Shown in pieces: positions 63,804 to 64,000 of a stretch of DNA of 64,000 nt (the first letter of the stretch is position 1; every line of letters starts with the position of its first letter). The translations under genes and the position numbers were made by a program. This DNA is from Patescibacteria group bacterium. Lineage in GTDB: Bacteria > Patescibacteriota > Microgenomatia > UBA8517. The stretch is taken from assembly GCA_026416845.1 (NCBI GenBank), contig JAOAEL010000006.1, positions 390-64,389 on the forward strand, read 5' to 3'. The notes under the pieces were generated by a model. The model saw nothing but the letters and a program-made list of their open reading frames with translations, was not told the origin of the DNA and ran no database searches.

Positions 63804-64000
63804 ATGAACAATCTTGCAATTGACCTAGGCAGAACTTTCTTTGGGGGAAACACACCCCATCCAACTGAACAAGTAACAGGGCTTGGTTCTATGGTGTCTG
63901 TTTTTGTTTCAAACTCAATTATCTTGGCTGGTTTAATATTTATGTTTATGACAATTTATGCTGGTTTTCAAATAATAATGGCAGCGGGAGACTCAAATGA
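63804..64000 (+). CDS. third pilin-like gene, truncated by the window end
   Basis: MNNLAIDLG...IILAGLIFMFMTIYAGFQIIMAAGDS. Confidence 0.8.
   Translation, partial: MNNLAIDLGRTFFGGNTPHPTEQVTGLGSMVSVFVSNSIILAGLIFMFMTIYAGFQIIMAAGDSN

Overview
AT-rich bacterial chromosomal window (genetic code 11) whose gene content points to Patescibacteria/CPR, probably Microgenomates: short pilin array, stand-alone 5'-3' exonuclease, ATP-dependent DNA ligase and many apparently leaderless genes. This taxonomic call is an inference. The window starts in the 5' end of a minus-strand 16S rRNA. It holds five tRNAs, smpB plus tmRNA, intact housekeeping genes (dus, trxA/B, pth, recF, mutM, ftsH, trpS, xer, guaC, comF) and several decayed accessory genes. 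The most interesting locus is 3872-8604: Gfo/Idh/MocA dehydrogenase, DegT-type aminotransferase, NDP kinase-like protein, Nudix hydrolase, dTMP-kinase-like protein and an NDT-fold/RHH regulator lacking the catalytic Glu. This matches the family composition of the Pur10/Pur4/Pur7 3'-amino-nucleotide core of puromycin biosynthesis, but with nucleotide kinases in place of tailoring enzymes. It may be a pathway for 3'-amino chain-terminator nucleotides, possibly antiviral (hypothesis). Other highlights: an orphan RRE + asparagine-synthetase-like RiPP cassette with an unannotated candidate precursor; a Zn-ribbon-split nucleotidyltransferase beside a PHP phosphoesterase; a strongly non-canonical initiator-like tRNA; and a tmRNA with an apparent 31-residue tag. 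All calls come from motif recognition by eye; no database searches were run.
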